Source of the DNA: an uncultured Bacilli bacterium
Lineage (GTDB): Bacteria; Bacillota_I; Bacilli_A; RF39; UBA660
Direction: 5' to 3'
NCBI GenBank assembly: GCA_964018915.1
Contig: CAXHRJ010000001.1
Coordinates: 224,636 to 288,635 of the forward strand
DNA length: 64,000 nt
Shown here: positions 49,855 to 58,757 of the stretch, piece after piece
How positions within the stretch are numbered: the first letter of the stretch is position 1
How the letters are laid out: each line of letters begins with the position of its first letter
The notes under the pieces: model-generated
The model's input: the letters and a program-made list of their open reading frames with translations, nothing else
What the model was told of the DNA's origin: nothing
Databases searched by the model: none
Made by a program: the position numbers and the translations under genes

Positions 49855-50733
49855 TTATTTTCCTTCCATTTGTTTTGCAACTTCTTCAGCAAAATTTTCT
49901 TCTCTTTTTTCCATTCCTTCTCCAACTTCAAAACGAGTCATTGAAACAATAGAACCACCATTATTTTGAACAAACTTAGCAACTGGCTCTTTGTTTTCTG
50001 CTTTAACAAAAATTTGATTCTCTAAGCATACTTCTTCATAGTATTTATTTACTTTACCAACAAGAATTTGTTCAATCTTATCAGCTGGTTTTCCTTCATT
50101 AGCAAGTTGTTCTCTCATGATTTCTTTTTCTTTTTCTAATACTTCAGTTGGAACATCACTTGATTTCACATAAGCAGGTCTCATAGCAGCAGAATGCATT
50201 GATACATCTTTAGCAACTTCTGCGCTAGCCCCTTTAACAACTGTTAAAACAGCAATTTTACCACCCATATGGATATAATCTCCAAATGCCTCATCATCTG
50301 CTTTTTCAACTCTTTCAAATCTTCTAAAACTTAATTTTTCTCCAATTTTTGCTGTCTTGTTAATAATTAAATCATTAATAGTTCCTTCACTAGAATTTAA
50401 CGCTAAAACTTCATCATTTGTCTTAACATCATTCTTAACAATAGCATTAAGAATTTCTTCAACCATAGAAGTAAACTCCTCATTTTTAGCAACAAAATCT
50501 GTTTCTGAATTTACTTCAACAATAGCAGCTACATTTCCTTCTATCTTAATAGCAGCAATTCCTTCAGCAGCAATACGATCAGCTTTTTTAGCAGCTTTTG
50601 AAATTCCTTTTTCTCTTAGCCAATCAGCAGCATCATCTATTGATCCATCTGTTGCTTCTAATGCTTTTTTACAGTCAAGCATTCCTGCTCCTGTTTTTTC
50701 TCTTAATTCTTTGACTAAACTAGCACTTATCAT
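49855..50733 (-). CDS. tsf: elongation factor Ts
   Basis: N-terminus ISASLVKELREKTGAGMLDCKKALE. The start is the ATG at 50733 with AGGAGG upstream. Confidence 0.9.
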   Translation of the reverse strand: MISASLVKELREKTGAGMLDCKKALEATDGSIDDAADWLREKGISKAAKKADRIAAEGIAAIKIEGNVAAIVEVNSETDFVAKNEEFTSMVEEILNAIVKNDVKTNDEVLALNSSEGTINDLIINKTAKIGEKLSFRRFERVEKADDEAFGDYIHMGGKIAVLTVVKGASAEVAKDVSMHSAAMRPAYVKSSDVPTEVLEKEKEIMREQLANEGKPADKIEQILVGKVNKYYEEVCLENQIFVKAENKEPVAKFVQNNGGSIVSMTRFEVGEGMEKREENFAEEVAKQMEGK

Positions 50734-50788
50734 AATATTCCTCCTCTTATACAAAATAAAGATGATTTAAAAAATCATCTTTAATAAT

Positions 50789-51802
50789 TTATTTTAAAGC
50801 GTCTAATAATTCAGCTTTTTTCATTGTAGAATAACCTTTAATATCTTTAGCTTTTGCTAAATCACGAAGTTCTGAAACTGTCTTCTCAGTTAAATCTTCT
50901 TTAACTTCGGCTTTTTGTGGTTCAACAGTTTTTTCTTCTTTTTGCATTCTTGGCTCTTCTCTGTTTTCTTTTTCTACTTTATTAAATGATTTTTTATTAC
51001 GATCAAATGGTCTTTTTTCAAATGGTCTTTTTTCTTCTTTTCTCTTTACAGATTCAACAGCACGTTGCATAATATCTGTACCATTCTCATCTGTTTTTCC
51101 ACTAACGTAATCAGTAATATGACCACCATTAGCTTCAACAATTGCGTTATTCATAACACCAATAATTAATTTTACAGCACGAATTGCATCATCATTAGCT
51201 GGAATAACATAATCTACCATATCTGGATCACAGTTTGTATCTACAATACCAAATACTGGAATGTTTAACTTTCTAGCTTCACGAATAGCAATATCTTCTT
51301 TAGATGGATCTACGATAAACATAGCTTGTGGTAATTTATCCATATTACGGATACCACATAAAAGTTTATCTAACTTAGCGTATTCTTTCTTTAATCCTAC
51401 TACTTCTTTCTTAGGTAATACATCGAATACTCCGTTTTCTTCCATTTTTTCGATTTCTTCTAATCTTTTAATTCTCTTTCTAATTGTTTTGAAATTAGTA
51501 AGAGTTCCACCTAACCATCTTTCAGTTACATAATAAGATTCACTCTTGATAGCTTCTTCTTTTGCTGCTTCACTAGCTTGTTTTCTAGTTCCAACAAAAA
51601 TTGTCTTTCCACCATTTTTTGCGATTTCATAAAGTGCAGCATAAGCTTCTTCAATTTTCTTAGCTGTCTTTTGTAAATCGATAATATAAATATCATCTCT
51701 TGAAGTAAAAATATACTCTTTCATTTTTGGATTCCATCTTTTTGTTTGATGTCCAAAATGAACGCCTGCTTCTAGCAATAAATTCATTGATACTACTGCC
51801 AT
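50789..51802 (-). CDS. rpsB: 30S ribosomal protein S2 with a C-terminal Lys/Glu-rich extension and a Rho_N/HeH-like terminal motif
   Basis: Canonical S2 core for about 250 aa. Then [19 protein letters not shown]... ending [30 protein letters not shown]. Confidence 0.9.
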   Translation of the reverse strand: MAVVSMNLLLEAGVHFGHQTKRWNPKMKEYIFTSRDDIYIIDLQKTAKKIEEAYAALYEIAKNGGKTIFVGTRKQASEAAKEEAIKSESYYVTERWLGGTLTNFKTIRKRIKRLEEIEKMEENGVFDVLPKKEVVGLKKEYAKLDKLLCGIRNMDKLPQAMFIVDPSKEDIAIREARKLNIPVFGIVDTNCDPDMVDYVIPANDDAIRAVKLIIGVMNNAIVEANGGHITDYVSGKTDENGTDIMQRAVESVKRKEEKRPFEKRPFDRNKKSFNKVEKENREEPRMQKEEKTVEPQKAEVKEDLTEKTVSELRDLAKAKDIKGYSTMKKAELLDALK

Positions 51803-51895
51803 ATTTTACACATCCTTTCGTTACCTCTTCCATTTATTTCGACTTGTAACACCACCATTCGGCACTCGGCATCACAATCCATAAATGTGTTTTTT

Positions 51896-51936
51896 CAAAA
51901 AGCCAATATTATTATATCATAATACTGGCTTTTTTC
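51896..51936 (-). terminator. bidirectional terminator between the Big_2 surface-protein gene and rpsB
   Basis: GCCAGTATTAT(gatataat)AATATTGGC stem followed by TTTTTG on the minus strand and T6 on the plus strand. Confidence 0.55.
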
Positions 51937-51965
51937 AACTATTTTTCCACGTTTTTTTAAATTTA

Positions 51966-54584
51966 CTAACCAAAATAATAGATGCTATTATATCTACCAT
52001 TTTTACCACTCTCATAGGTAACACCTATAAAAAGTTGATTATTGTAAATCTTTAATCCTTCTGCCTCTGGTTTATTTAAGGAAACTTTAACTTTCCTAGT
52101 ATATATTAATTCTCCAAGCATATTATATACCTCTATATAAAGAGAGCTTCCTAATTGCCCACGATATTGATAATAATACCCATTAGCAATATCATGACCT
52201 TGTCTATCATAATATCCGCCATCAATTTTATTAGATAATGTAAACTGATAAAGTAGAACTAAATTTCCTTTTTTTAATTCACTTAGTTGATAAATAAGCA
52301 CTTTATTACCACTACGAATAGCAAGCATATCTGTTCCCTCATCAATTCCTACTTCAGGATTTCCATAACTTGCTCCATTAGAAGAATTAAATTTTACATT
52401 CTGCTTTTCTTGAAACTTATCTGTTGGTTTATTCGCCTTAAAATTTGTACGAATCAAAGAACGATAATACCCCCAATAGGCACCATCACTTTCAGCGACA
52501 TAACCATCGCCATTTAGCCACATCTCACCATTAACAAACTCAAATGATTGGGCATGCCCTGTATTATTTAAAAACATATAACTATTTTGTTCACCTGTTT
52601 TTGAAGATAACTTATTTTTTGGTATTCTTTGTACCACAGTTCTAACTAAACTACTCTTCATTGCATTCGATATATTTTTCACACTAGTATTAGAAAGTGT
52701 TGGATAAGAAAAATAAAAGATTTCATTATTTGTTCCAAAATTTTCTATAGCAAAGTTTTGCATAGCACGAGAATATCCTTTTTTAGATTCTAGTAGAACA
52801 ATATCGTTTTTATAAACTTTCAAATTTTGTTTACTTAAAGGAATCACTTTATTAGCGGGAACAACTGCCACCTGAAAAGAGGCTTTGATTTCTGTTTCTG
52901 GCATACTAGCAGTTATTGTTACTGTTCCGCTTTTTTTACCAGTTACTTTTCCACTTCTATCCACTGAGGCAATATCTGAATTACTACTAGTCCATACCAT
53001 TTTAGTATTGTTTGCATTAGTAGGAATTAAAGAATAGGAAATTACATAAGTCTCCCCTATTTCTATTTGCTTTGCTCCGCTTGAAAAAACAATATTTTCA
53101 ACGGGGATAGGCGTAGAAGGAACAAAAATTAAAATAGAACTGCTTGCTCCACCGTCTTGACTAGAAACAGTAATAATAGAAAATCCTGGTTTTTTAGCAG
53201 TCATCACTCCATCTGCTGTAATTGTAATAACTTCTTCCTCGCTACTTTTAAAAATTAGATTAGAATTGGTTGCATTTTGTGGTTGATAAGTAGGTTTTAA
53301 AGAATAACTGGAACCTAATTCTAAATAAGAATACGAATAATGAAGTTGAATAGACTTCATATAAACCATTTTTGTTGGAGCATCTTCTATTGTAATTTTT
53401 ACCTTAGCCATTTGATGATTATTAGTCTCAGCAGTAATTTCTACTACACCTACTTTTTTAGCTGAAACAATACCATTAGAATCTACTGTTGCTATATCTG
53501 AATTACTACTCCTCCAAACCAATTTTTGATTAGTGGCAGTAGAAGGATTAATTCTAGGAATTAAAGTTAGTCTTTCTCCTACATGCATAATAGAACTCTT
53601 ATTCGAAAAGCTAATAGAAGTAATTGGTATTTCCTTATTTCTAACAGTAACTGCGCTAAAAGTACTTTTGCTCCCATCTAAACTAGTTGCATATATAATA
53701 CATTCTCCTTCACCTTTAGCAGTTACTTTCCCATTTTTATCTACTACTGCTACAGCCTCATTCGTACTCTTCCAAACGACTCCTTTGTTAGTCGCATTAC
53801 TTGGTTGCATAGTTACTTTTAATAAAGATTCTTGTCCAATGTTTAAAGATAAGTTAGGAGAATTCATAGTAATACTGATAACATTTACATCGGATGTATA
53901 TTCATCAGATTCATAGTTATCTCCACCATCATTCACTTTGTCCGTTTCTTCTATCTCTACATTAATTCCCCCACTAACATCTACTCTTACTTTAGCAGAG
54001 TGACCACTATACTCATCGATAGCTGTAATATAAGTGCTTCCTTCTAGCTTTCCTTTTACTACTCCATCTGAAGTAACTTCAGCAACAGAAGGATTACTAG
54101 AAGTCCAAGTCAAAGAACTCCTTATATTCTTCTCACCATTTAAAATAGGATTTAAAGTAACTTCTTCATTTTTACTAATAACCATTCTATCATTATCAAA
54201 AACAATAGAATAAATAATAAAGTCACTAGCACTCACTTTAATAGATTGTTTTACTAAACCTAATTTCGACTTCGCTTCTATTGTTACTATACCTTGTTGT
54301 AAAGCCATTACATTTCCTTCATCATCTACAGAAATAATATCTGGATTCGTACTACTCCATGTTAAATCACTAGAGCTTTTTTCAGTAGATTTCCCTACTA
54401 CATCAATAACATAAGAGGTATTCGTTGCAATATGAATATTCTCATCTAAAAAATAAAAAGTTTCCTTATCTACAACCCAATAAAAAACTAGGAATAGAAA
54501 GACCCCTAGTGCGAATACGTAAAAGGTGCCTAGCGCATACTTCATGCTCTGTTCTAAGAACATTTTTATTTTCTCGCCACTCAT
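51966..54584 (-). CDS. large membrane-anchored surface protein with multiple Big_2 (bacterial Ig-like) domains and an unassigned C-terminal domain of about 300 aa
   Basis: GAGGTG RBS. N-terminal TM helix. At least five repeats of the form (L/V)TW(S/T)SSN(P/S)xIAxVDxxGxVxAxxxGxxxITA. Confidence 0.6.
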   Translation of the reverse strand: MSGEKIKMFLEQSMKYALGTFYVFALGVFLFLVFYWVVDKETFYFLDENIHIATNTSYVIDVVGKSTEKSSSDLTWSSTNPDIISVDDEGNVMALQQGIVTIEAKSKLGLVKQSIKVSASDFIIYSIVFDNDRMVISKNEEVTLNPILNGEKNIRSSLTWTSSNPSVAEVTSDGVVKGKLEGSTYITAIDEYSGHSAKVRVDVSGGINVEIEETDKVNDGGDNYESDEYTSDVNVISITMNSPNLSLNIGQESLLKVTMQPSNATNKGVVWKSTNEAVAVVDKNGKVTAKGEGECIIYATSLDGSKSTFSAVTVRNKEIPITSISFSNKSSIMHVGERLTLIPRINPSTATNQKLVWRSSNSDIATVDSNGIVSAKKVGVVEITAETNNHQMAKVKITIEDAPTKMVYMKSIQLHYSYSYLELGSSYSLKPTYQPQNATNSNLIFKSSEEEVITITADGVMTAKKPGFSIITVSSQDGGASSSILIFVPSTPIPVENIVFSSGAKQIEIGETYVISYSLIPTNANNTKMVWTSSNSDIASVDRSGKVTGKKSGTVTITASMPETEIKASFQVAVVPANKVIPLSKQNLKVYKNDIVLLESKKGYSRAMQNFAIENFGTNNEIFYFSYPTLSNTSVKNISNAMKSSLVRTVVQRIPKNKLSSKTGEQNSYMFLNNTGHAQSFEFVNGEMWLNGDGYVAESDGAYWGYYRSLIRTNFKANKPTDKFQEKQNVKFNSSNGASYGNPEVGIDEGTDMLAIRSGNKVLIYQLSELKKGNLVLLYQFTLSNKIDGGYYDRQGHDIANGYYYQYRGQLGSSLYIEVYNMLGELIYTRKVKVSLNKPEAEGLKIYNNQLFIGVTYESGKNGRYNSIYYFG

Positions 54585-54599
54585 ATTAACACCTCTTTA

Positions 54600-55088
54600 T
54601 TATCTACTTTTACTATTTTCATTCTCCTCTTGATAAGTATCTACGTAGCTATTATTACGTTCTAAAATTTTCATTGCTTTTAATTTAAGTTCATATTCTA
54701 ACAACTCTATCTTTTGAGTCATTAAAGAAGAATATTCTTCTCCTAAATATTTTTGATACTTATATCTTAAAATATCTTTATATCTGCTTAATTCATTCAA
54801 TACTTCATTCAAAGTACCACTATCTGTATCATCATCATCATCTAATATTTCAATAATATATTGTAGATAAAGTTCTAATTTTTTCTTTATTTTTTTCTTC
54901 AATAATTTTTCAATAAACGTATGTTTAATAATAATCAGTCTGTTTACAACAACACCATCATATTGCATTTGATTTTTAGGAGTTATATTAAAACCACTTT
55001 GTATTTTTTGACAATCAAAATAGACAACATCCCCCATTGCTGCTTGCTTTTTTATATTGTAATATTGCCTACTTGCCATAACAATCAT
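54600..55088 (-). CDS. hypothetical protein translationally coupled (ATGA overlap) to trmD
   Basis: The ATG overlaps the trmD TGA. About 162 aa. Contains a DDDDDTD acidic run and a coiled-coil-like C-terminus. Confidence 0.4.
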   Translation of the reverse strand: MIVMASRQYYNIKKQAAMGDVVYFDCQKIQSGFNITPKNQMQYDGVVVNRLIIIKHTFIEKLLKKKIKKKLELYLQYIIEILDDDDDTDSGTLNEVLNELSRYKDILRYKYQKYLGEEYSSLMTQKIELLEYELKLKAMKILERNNSYVDTYQEENENSKSR

Positions 55089-55753
55089 CTCTCTTCTAAC
55101 AAATCTGGTCTTCTTTCCCTTGTTTTTTTGATTTGCTCTTCCAGCCTCCATTTACGAATATTTTCATGATGACCAGACAGTAAGACATCTGGTACTTTCA
55201 TGCCGCGAAAATCTACTGGTCTTGTATAAACTGGATAATCTAATAAATTTCCATGAAAAGAATCCTGAATATGTGATTCTTCCTCAATAACACCATCTAA
55301 TAATCGAACCACACTATCAACTACTACCATACTAGGAATTTCTCCACCTGTCAATACATAATCCCCAATACTAATTTCTTCATCGACAAAAGAACGAATT
55401 CTTTCATCAAAACCTTCATAATGTCCGCAAACGATAATCAAATGACTATAATGAGATAATTCATAAGCATGTTCTTGTTTATAAGGAACGCCTTGAGGAG
55501 TCATTAACAATACTCTAGAATCTGGCGTTTTTAAAGCTTCAATAGCATCACAAATAGGCTGTGGCATTAGAACCATACCAGCTCCGCCACCAAATCCATA
55601 ATCATCTACACGATGATGAGGATCTTTAGAATAATCTCTAAAGTTGATTACACGAATTTCCACATGACTAGAATCTTGTGCTCTTTTTAAAATTGACTCT
55701 TCCAAAACACCTTTAAACATATCTGGAAAAAGAGTTAAGATATCAATCTTCAT
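55085..55753 (-). CDS. trmD: tRNA (guanine37-N1)-methyltransferase
   Basis: [13 protein letters not shown] and the SPOUT knot motifs ([15 protein letters not shown]). Confidence 0.9.
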   Translation of the reverse strand: MKIDILTLFPDMFKGVLEESILKRAQDSSHVEIRVINFRDYSKDPHHRVDDYGFGGGAGMVLMPQPICDAIEALKTPDSRVLLMTPQGVPYKQEHAYELSHYSHLIIVCGHYEGFDERIRSFVDEEISIGDYVLTGGEIPSMVVVDSVVRLLDGVIEEESHIQDSFHGNLLDYPVYTRPVDFRGMKVPDVLLSGHHENIRKWRLEEQIKKTRERRPDLLEER

Positions 55754-56234
55754 CTAATAGTCCCTTCATGTAATTAATTTCTAACTTTTTCTTATCTAAA
55801 TCAACAGTCTTAATAAATTCATCTACATTAGGTATCATATGTTTACTACCGTTTTTCACTACTAAAATATCATGAGCACTCGTTTTTAAAATGCTATCAA
55901 CTTTACCTATGTGTTTTTTATCGCAATATACATCTAATCCTATTAAATCCTCATCTAAATAGCCATCATATTCTATGTCAGCACGATTTACATACATTGG
56001 CTCATTCTTATAAATAATCACATCATCAATATGTTTTTTATCCTTAAAAGTAACCATATCAAAATTCTTATGTATGCGGTGTGTATTAATAACTTCCTCT
56101 TTATGAGATTTTCCGATATAGCATTTCCTATCAGCAAGAAAAGCAGTGTCTTTAAATTTAAAGTCACTTACAATTCTGATTTCACCCTTTAATCCATGGG
56201 TATTTACAATATCTCCTACATATATATAATCCAT
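55743..56234 (-). CDS. rimM: 16S rRNA processing protein RimM
   Basis: [17 protein letters not shown]-terminal beta-barrel and a PRC-barrel C-terminus. Directly upstream of trmD. Confidence 0.85.
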   Translation of the reverse strand: MDYIYVGDIVNTHGLKGEIRIVSDFKFKDTAFLADRKCYIGKSHKEEVINTHRIHKNFDMVTFKDKKHIDDVIIYKNEPMYVNRADIEYDGYLDEDLIGLDVYCDKKHIGKVDSILKTSAHDILVVKNGSKHMIPNVDEFIKTVDLDKKKLEINYMKGLLDED

Positions 56235-56241
56235 ACTACAC

Positions 56242-56967
56242 CTACTTATCTAGCTCGTACATAAGAATACTTGCTGCTACTCCTACATTTAAACTCTCAC
56301 ATTTCTCATTCATAGAAATATAAACAAAATCATCACAGAATGCTTCCAACTCAGAACGCATACCTTTGCCCTCATTTCCCATTATTATAGCAAATGAAGA
56401 TTTTTTTTCAACCCTTTTTATATCTTTCCCATTTGTTACTTTTGTGCCAAGAATACAGTATCCTCTCTCTTTTAATTTTCCTAAAGAACTTGGCAAATCC
56501 TCCATAACAATATTAGTGTGAAACAAAAGTCCTTGACTAGCTCTTAGCACTTTCTCATTATAAGGATCAACTGTACCTTTACTCAATAAAATTGTATCTA
56601 TATGAAAAGCAACTGCACTTCTAATAATGGTACCTAAATTTCCTGGGTCTTGAATATTATCTAACACAATAATATTCCCTTTTATTTCTTTTACCAATGG
56701 TTTTGTACATACACCCATTACTAGTTGTGGTGTATCTAATTCTGATAAATATGATAAAACTTGGTGGGAAACAACCATAGTGTCCATATCCATAGAGAAA
56801 TTTGCGTTTTCTTCTACAATTAATGTTTTCAAAAATCCCGCTTTATAAGCTTCTAATACTAGATGTTCTCCTTCTACTAAAAAGAGATTATCTCTATCAC
56901 GATACTTTTTACTACGTAGTTTCTTTAACTCTTTTACTTTGGCGTTTTCTAAGGATGTGTAAATCAT
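56242..56967 (-). CDS. TrmH/SpoU-family RNA 2'-O-methyltransferase
   Basis: SPOUT motifs (LVLEGVQDPGNLGTIIRSA-like IVLDNIQDPGNLGTIIRSA, IIMGNEGKGM). Confidence 0.8.
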   Translation of the reverse strand: MIYTSLENAKVKELKKLRSKKYRDRDNLFLVEGEHLVLEAYKAGFLKTLIVEENANFSMDMDTMVVSHQVLSYLSELDTPQLVMGVCTKPLVKEIKGNIIVLDNIQDPGNLGTIIRSAVAFHIDTILLSKGTVDPYNEKVLRASQGLLFHTNIVMEDLPSSLGKLKERGYCILGTKVTNGKDIKRVEKKSSFAIIMGNEGKGMRSELEAFCDDFVYISMNEKCESLNVGVAASILMYELDK

Positions 56968-57350
56968 TCTTTACAACTGTACCCATCACTAGTCAAATCA
57001 ACTGAGTAGATAAGACGTTTACCTTCTCTTTTGATATCTACATGACCTGCTGTATAAACTTTTCCTGTTTTAGGATTCTTTAAATCTAAATCTACATAGC
57101 CTTGTTGTTGTAATGTAGATAAGTTTACGCAAATAGAAGAACCATCCGTTGATGGTAATTTACCAACATTGGCAATATCACTTGCCCAGTTTTTAGCAGC
57201 TAACTCAATTGTTTCTTTTTGTGAGTTTGCTAAATCTTCTTTTCCACTTTTTAATAAACCAGTAATAGCTGGTACAGATACAAGTGCTATCAATCCTAAA
57301 ATAACAATAACCGCTAATAATTCTACTAAAGTAAATCCACGTGTTTTCAT
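56964..57350 (-). CDS. prepilin-type N-terminal cleavage/methylation domain protein (ComGC-like pseudopilin), second copy
   Basis: MKTRGFTLVELLAVIVILGLIALVSV. AGGTGA RBS. The TGA overlaps the ATG of the downstream TrmH-family gene (ATGA). Confidence 0.7.
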   Translation of the reverse strand: MKTRGFTLVELLAVIVILGLIALVSVPAITGLLKSGKEDLANSQKETIELAAKNWASDIANVGKLPSTDGSSICVNLSTLQQQGYVDLDLKNPKTGKVYTAGHVDIKREGKRLIYSVDLTSDGYSCKE

Positions 57351-57427
57351 ATTCTCACCTAATACAATTATAACATATATAGTTTTTTTTTCAATAACCT
57401 TATACATTTTCTATACAAAAAAAGAGA

Positions 57428-58705
57428 TTACTCTCTATACTCAAATTCATAATCTAAGATTTTGACAGTATCTCCATTTTGAATTCCCATTTCTTTTAGT
57501 TTATCATCAATTCCTAATTTTCTAAGCTTATTAGAGAATCGTAAGAATGCCTCATCTGTTACAAACCAAGTCATTTGATAAATCTTCTCTATTTCGTCTC
57601 CCTTAATAACATAAACACCATCTGATTCTTTATAAACTTTAAATGGTTGTTCTGCCTTAAATTTATATAAAACATGACTTTCAAATTTTTCTTCTTCATA
57701 AAGAGGAGTTTTTTCAATTTTATCTAATTGATCTGCAAGTGCTACTAAGACATCTTCTAATCCCTTATTCTCAAGGGCACTAATTTCATAAATAGGAACA
57801 TTAGAAACTTTCTTTTTAAATTCTTTTAAATTCTCTTGAGCACTTTCCATATCCATTTTGTTTGCTAATACAATTTGTGGCTTATCCATTATTTTAGCAT
57901 TAAAATTCTCTAATTCCTTATTAATAATTACATAATCATCATATGGATTTCTTCCTTCAAAACCGCTCATATCGATAACATGGGCAATCACACGAGTTCT
58001 TTCAATATGTTTTAAAAATTTGTCGCCTAATCCTTCTCCAAGAGAAGCACCTTCTATTAGTCCTGGCAAATCGGCTACTACAAAAGAACGTCCATCTCTT
58101 GTCTTGGTAACTCCTAAATTAGGATGCAATGTTGTAAAATGATAAGCAGCTATCTTAGGTTTTGCAGCAGAAATTGTTGATATAATAGTAGACTTCCCTA
58201 CACTTGGCATTCCAACCAATCCAACATCCGCTAAAAGTTTTAATTCTACTTTTAGTTTTTTCTCTTCCCCTGGCTCTCCATTTTCTGCAAAGTCAGGTGC
58301 AGGATTTGTTCGTGTTATAAAAGCCATATTACCACGGCCACCACGACCTCCTTCTGCTACTACAACTCTATCCCCTTTTTTTGTTAAATCACCTAAAATA
58401 AAATTTGTTTCTAAATCTGTAATAACTGTGCCTTGAGGAACCTTAACTATTAAATCTTGGGCATTTTTACCATTCATACCTTTTCCTTGACCATGTTCGC
58501 CATTTTTTGCTTTATATCTTTTGCTATAGCGTAAATCGATTAACGTATTTAATCCTTCATCGACTTCAAAAACAACATTTCCACCACGGCCACCATTTCC
58601 TCCAAATGGTCCACCCATTTCTACATATTTTTCTCTTCTAAAAGCAAGGCAACCATTTCCTCCATTACCTGCTACTACCTCTATTTTGACCTCATCTATA
58701 AACAT
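57428..58705 (-). CDS. obg: GTPase Obg
   Basis: Gly-rich Obg fold N-terminus (VAGNGGNGCLAFRREKYVEMGGPFGGNGGRGG), G1-G4 motifs, and a C-terminal OCT domain. Confidence 0.95.
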   Translation of the reverse strand: MFIDEVKIEVVAGNGGNGCLAFRREKYVEMGGPFGGNGGRGGNVVFEVDEGLNTLIDLRYSKRYKAKNGEHGQGKGMNGKNAQDLIVKVPQGTVITDLETNFILGDLTKKGDRVVVAEGGRGGRGNMAFITRTNPAPDFAENGEPGEEKKLKVELKLLADVGLVGMPSVGKSTIISTISAAKPKIAAYHFTTLHPNLGVTKTRDGRSFVVADLPGLIEGASLGEGLGDKFLKHIERTRVIAHVIDMSGFEGRNPYDDYVIINKELENFNAKIMDKPQIVLANKMDMESAQENLKEFKKKVSNVPIYEISALENKGLEDVLVALADQLDKIEKTPLYEEEKFESHVLYKFKAEQPFKVYKESDGVYVIKGDEIEKIYQMTWFVTDEAFLRFSNKLRKLGIDDKLKEMGIQNGDTVKILDYEFEYRE

Positions 58706-58757
58706 AGTGATTCCTCCTTTAAAGTCACACTATTATAACAGAGAATAGAAAATAAAT

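Noticed and set aside
50357-50770. 137-aa plus-strand ORF
   Set aside because: Antisense to tsf. Ala/Ser/Ile-rich mirror translation.
53533-53916. 127-aa plus-strand ORF
   Set aside because: Antisense to the Big_2 surface-protein gene.
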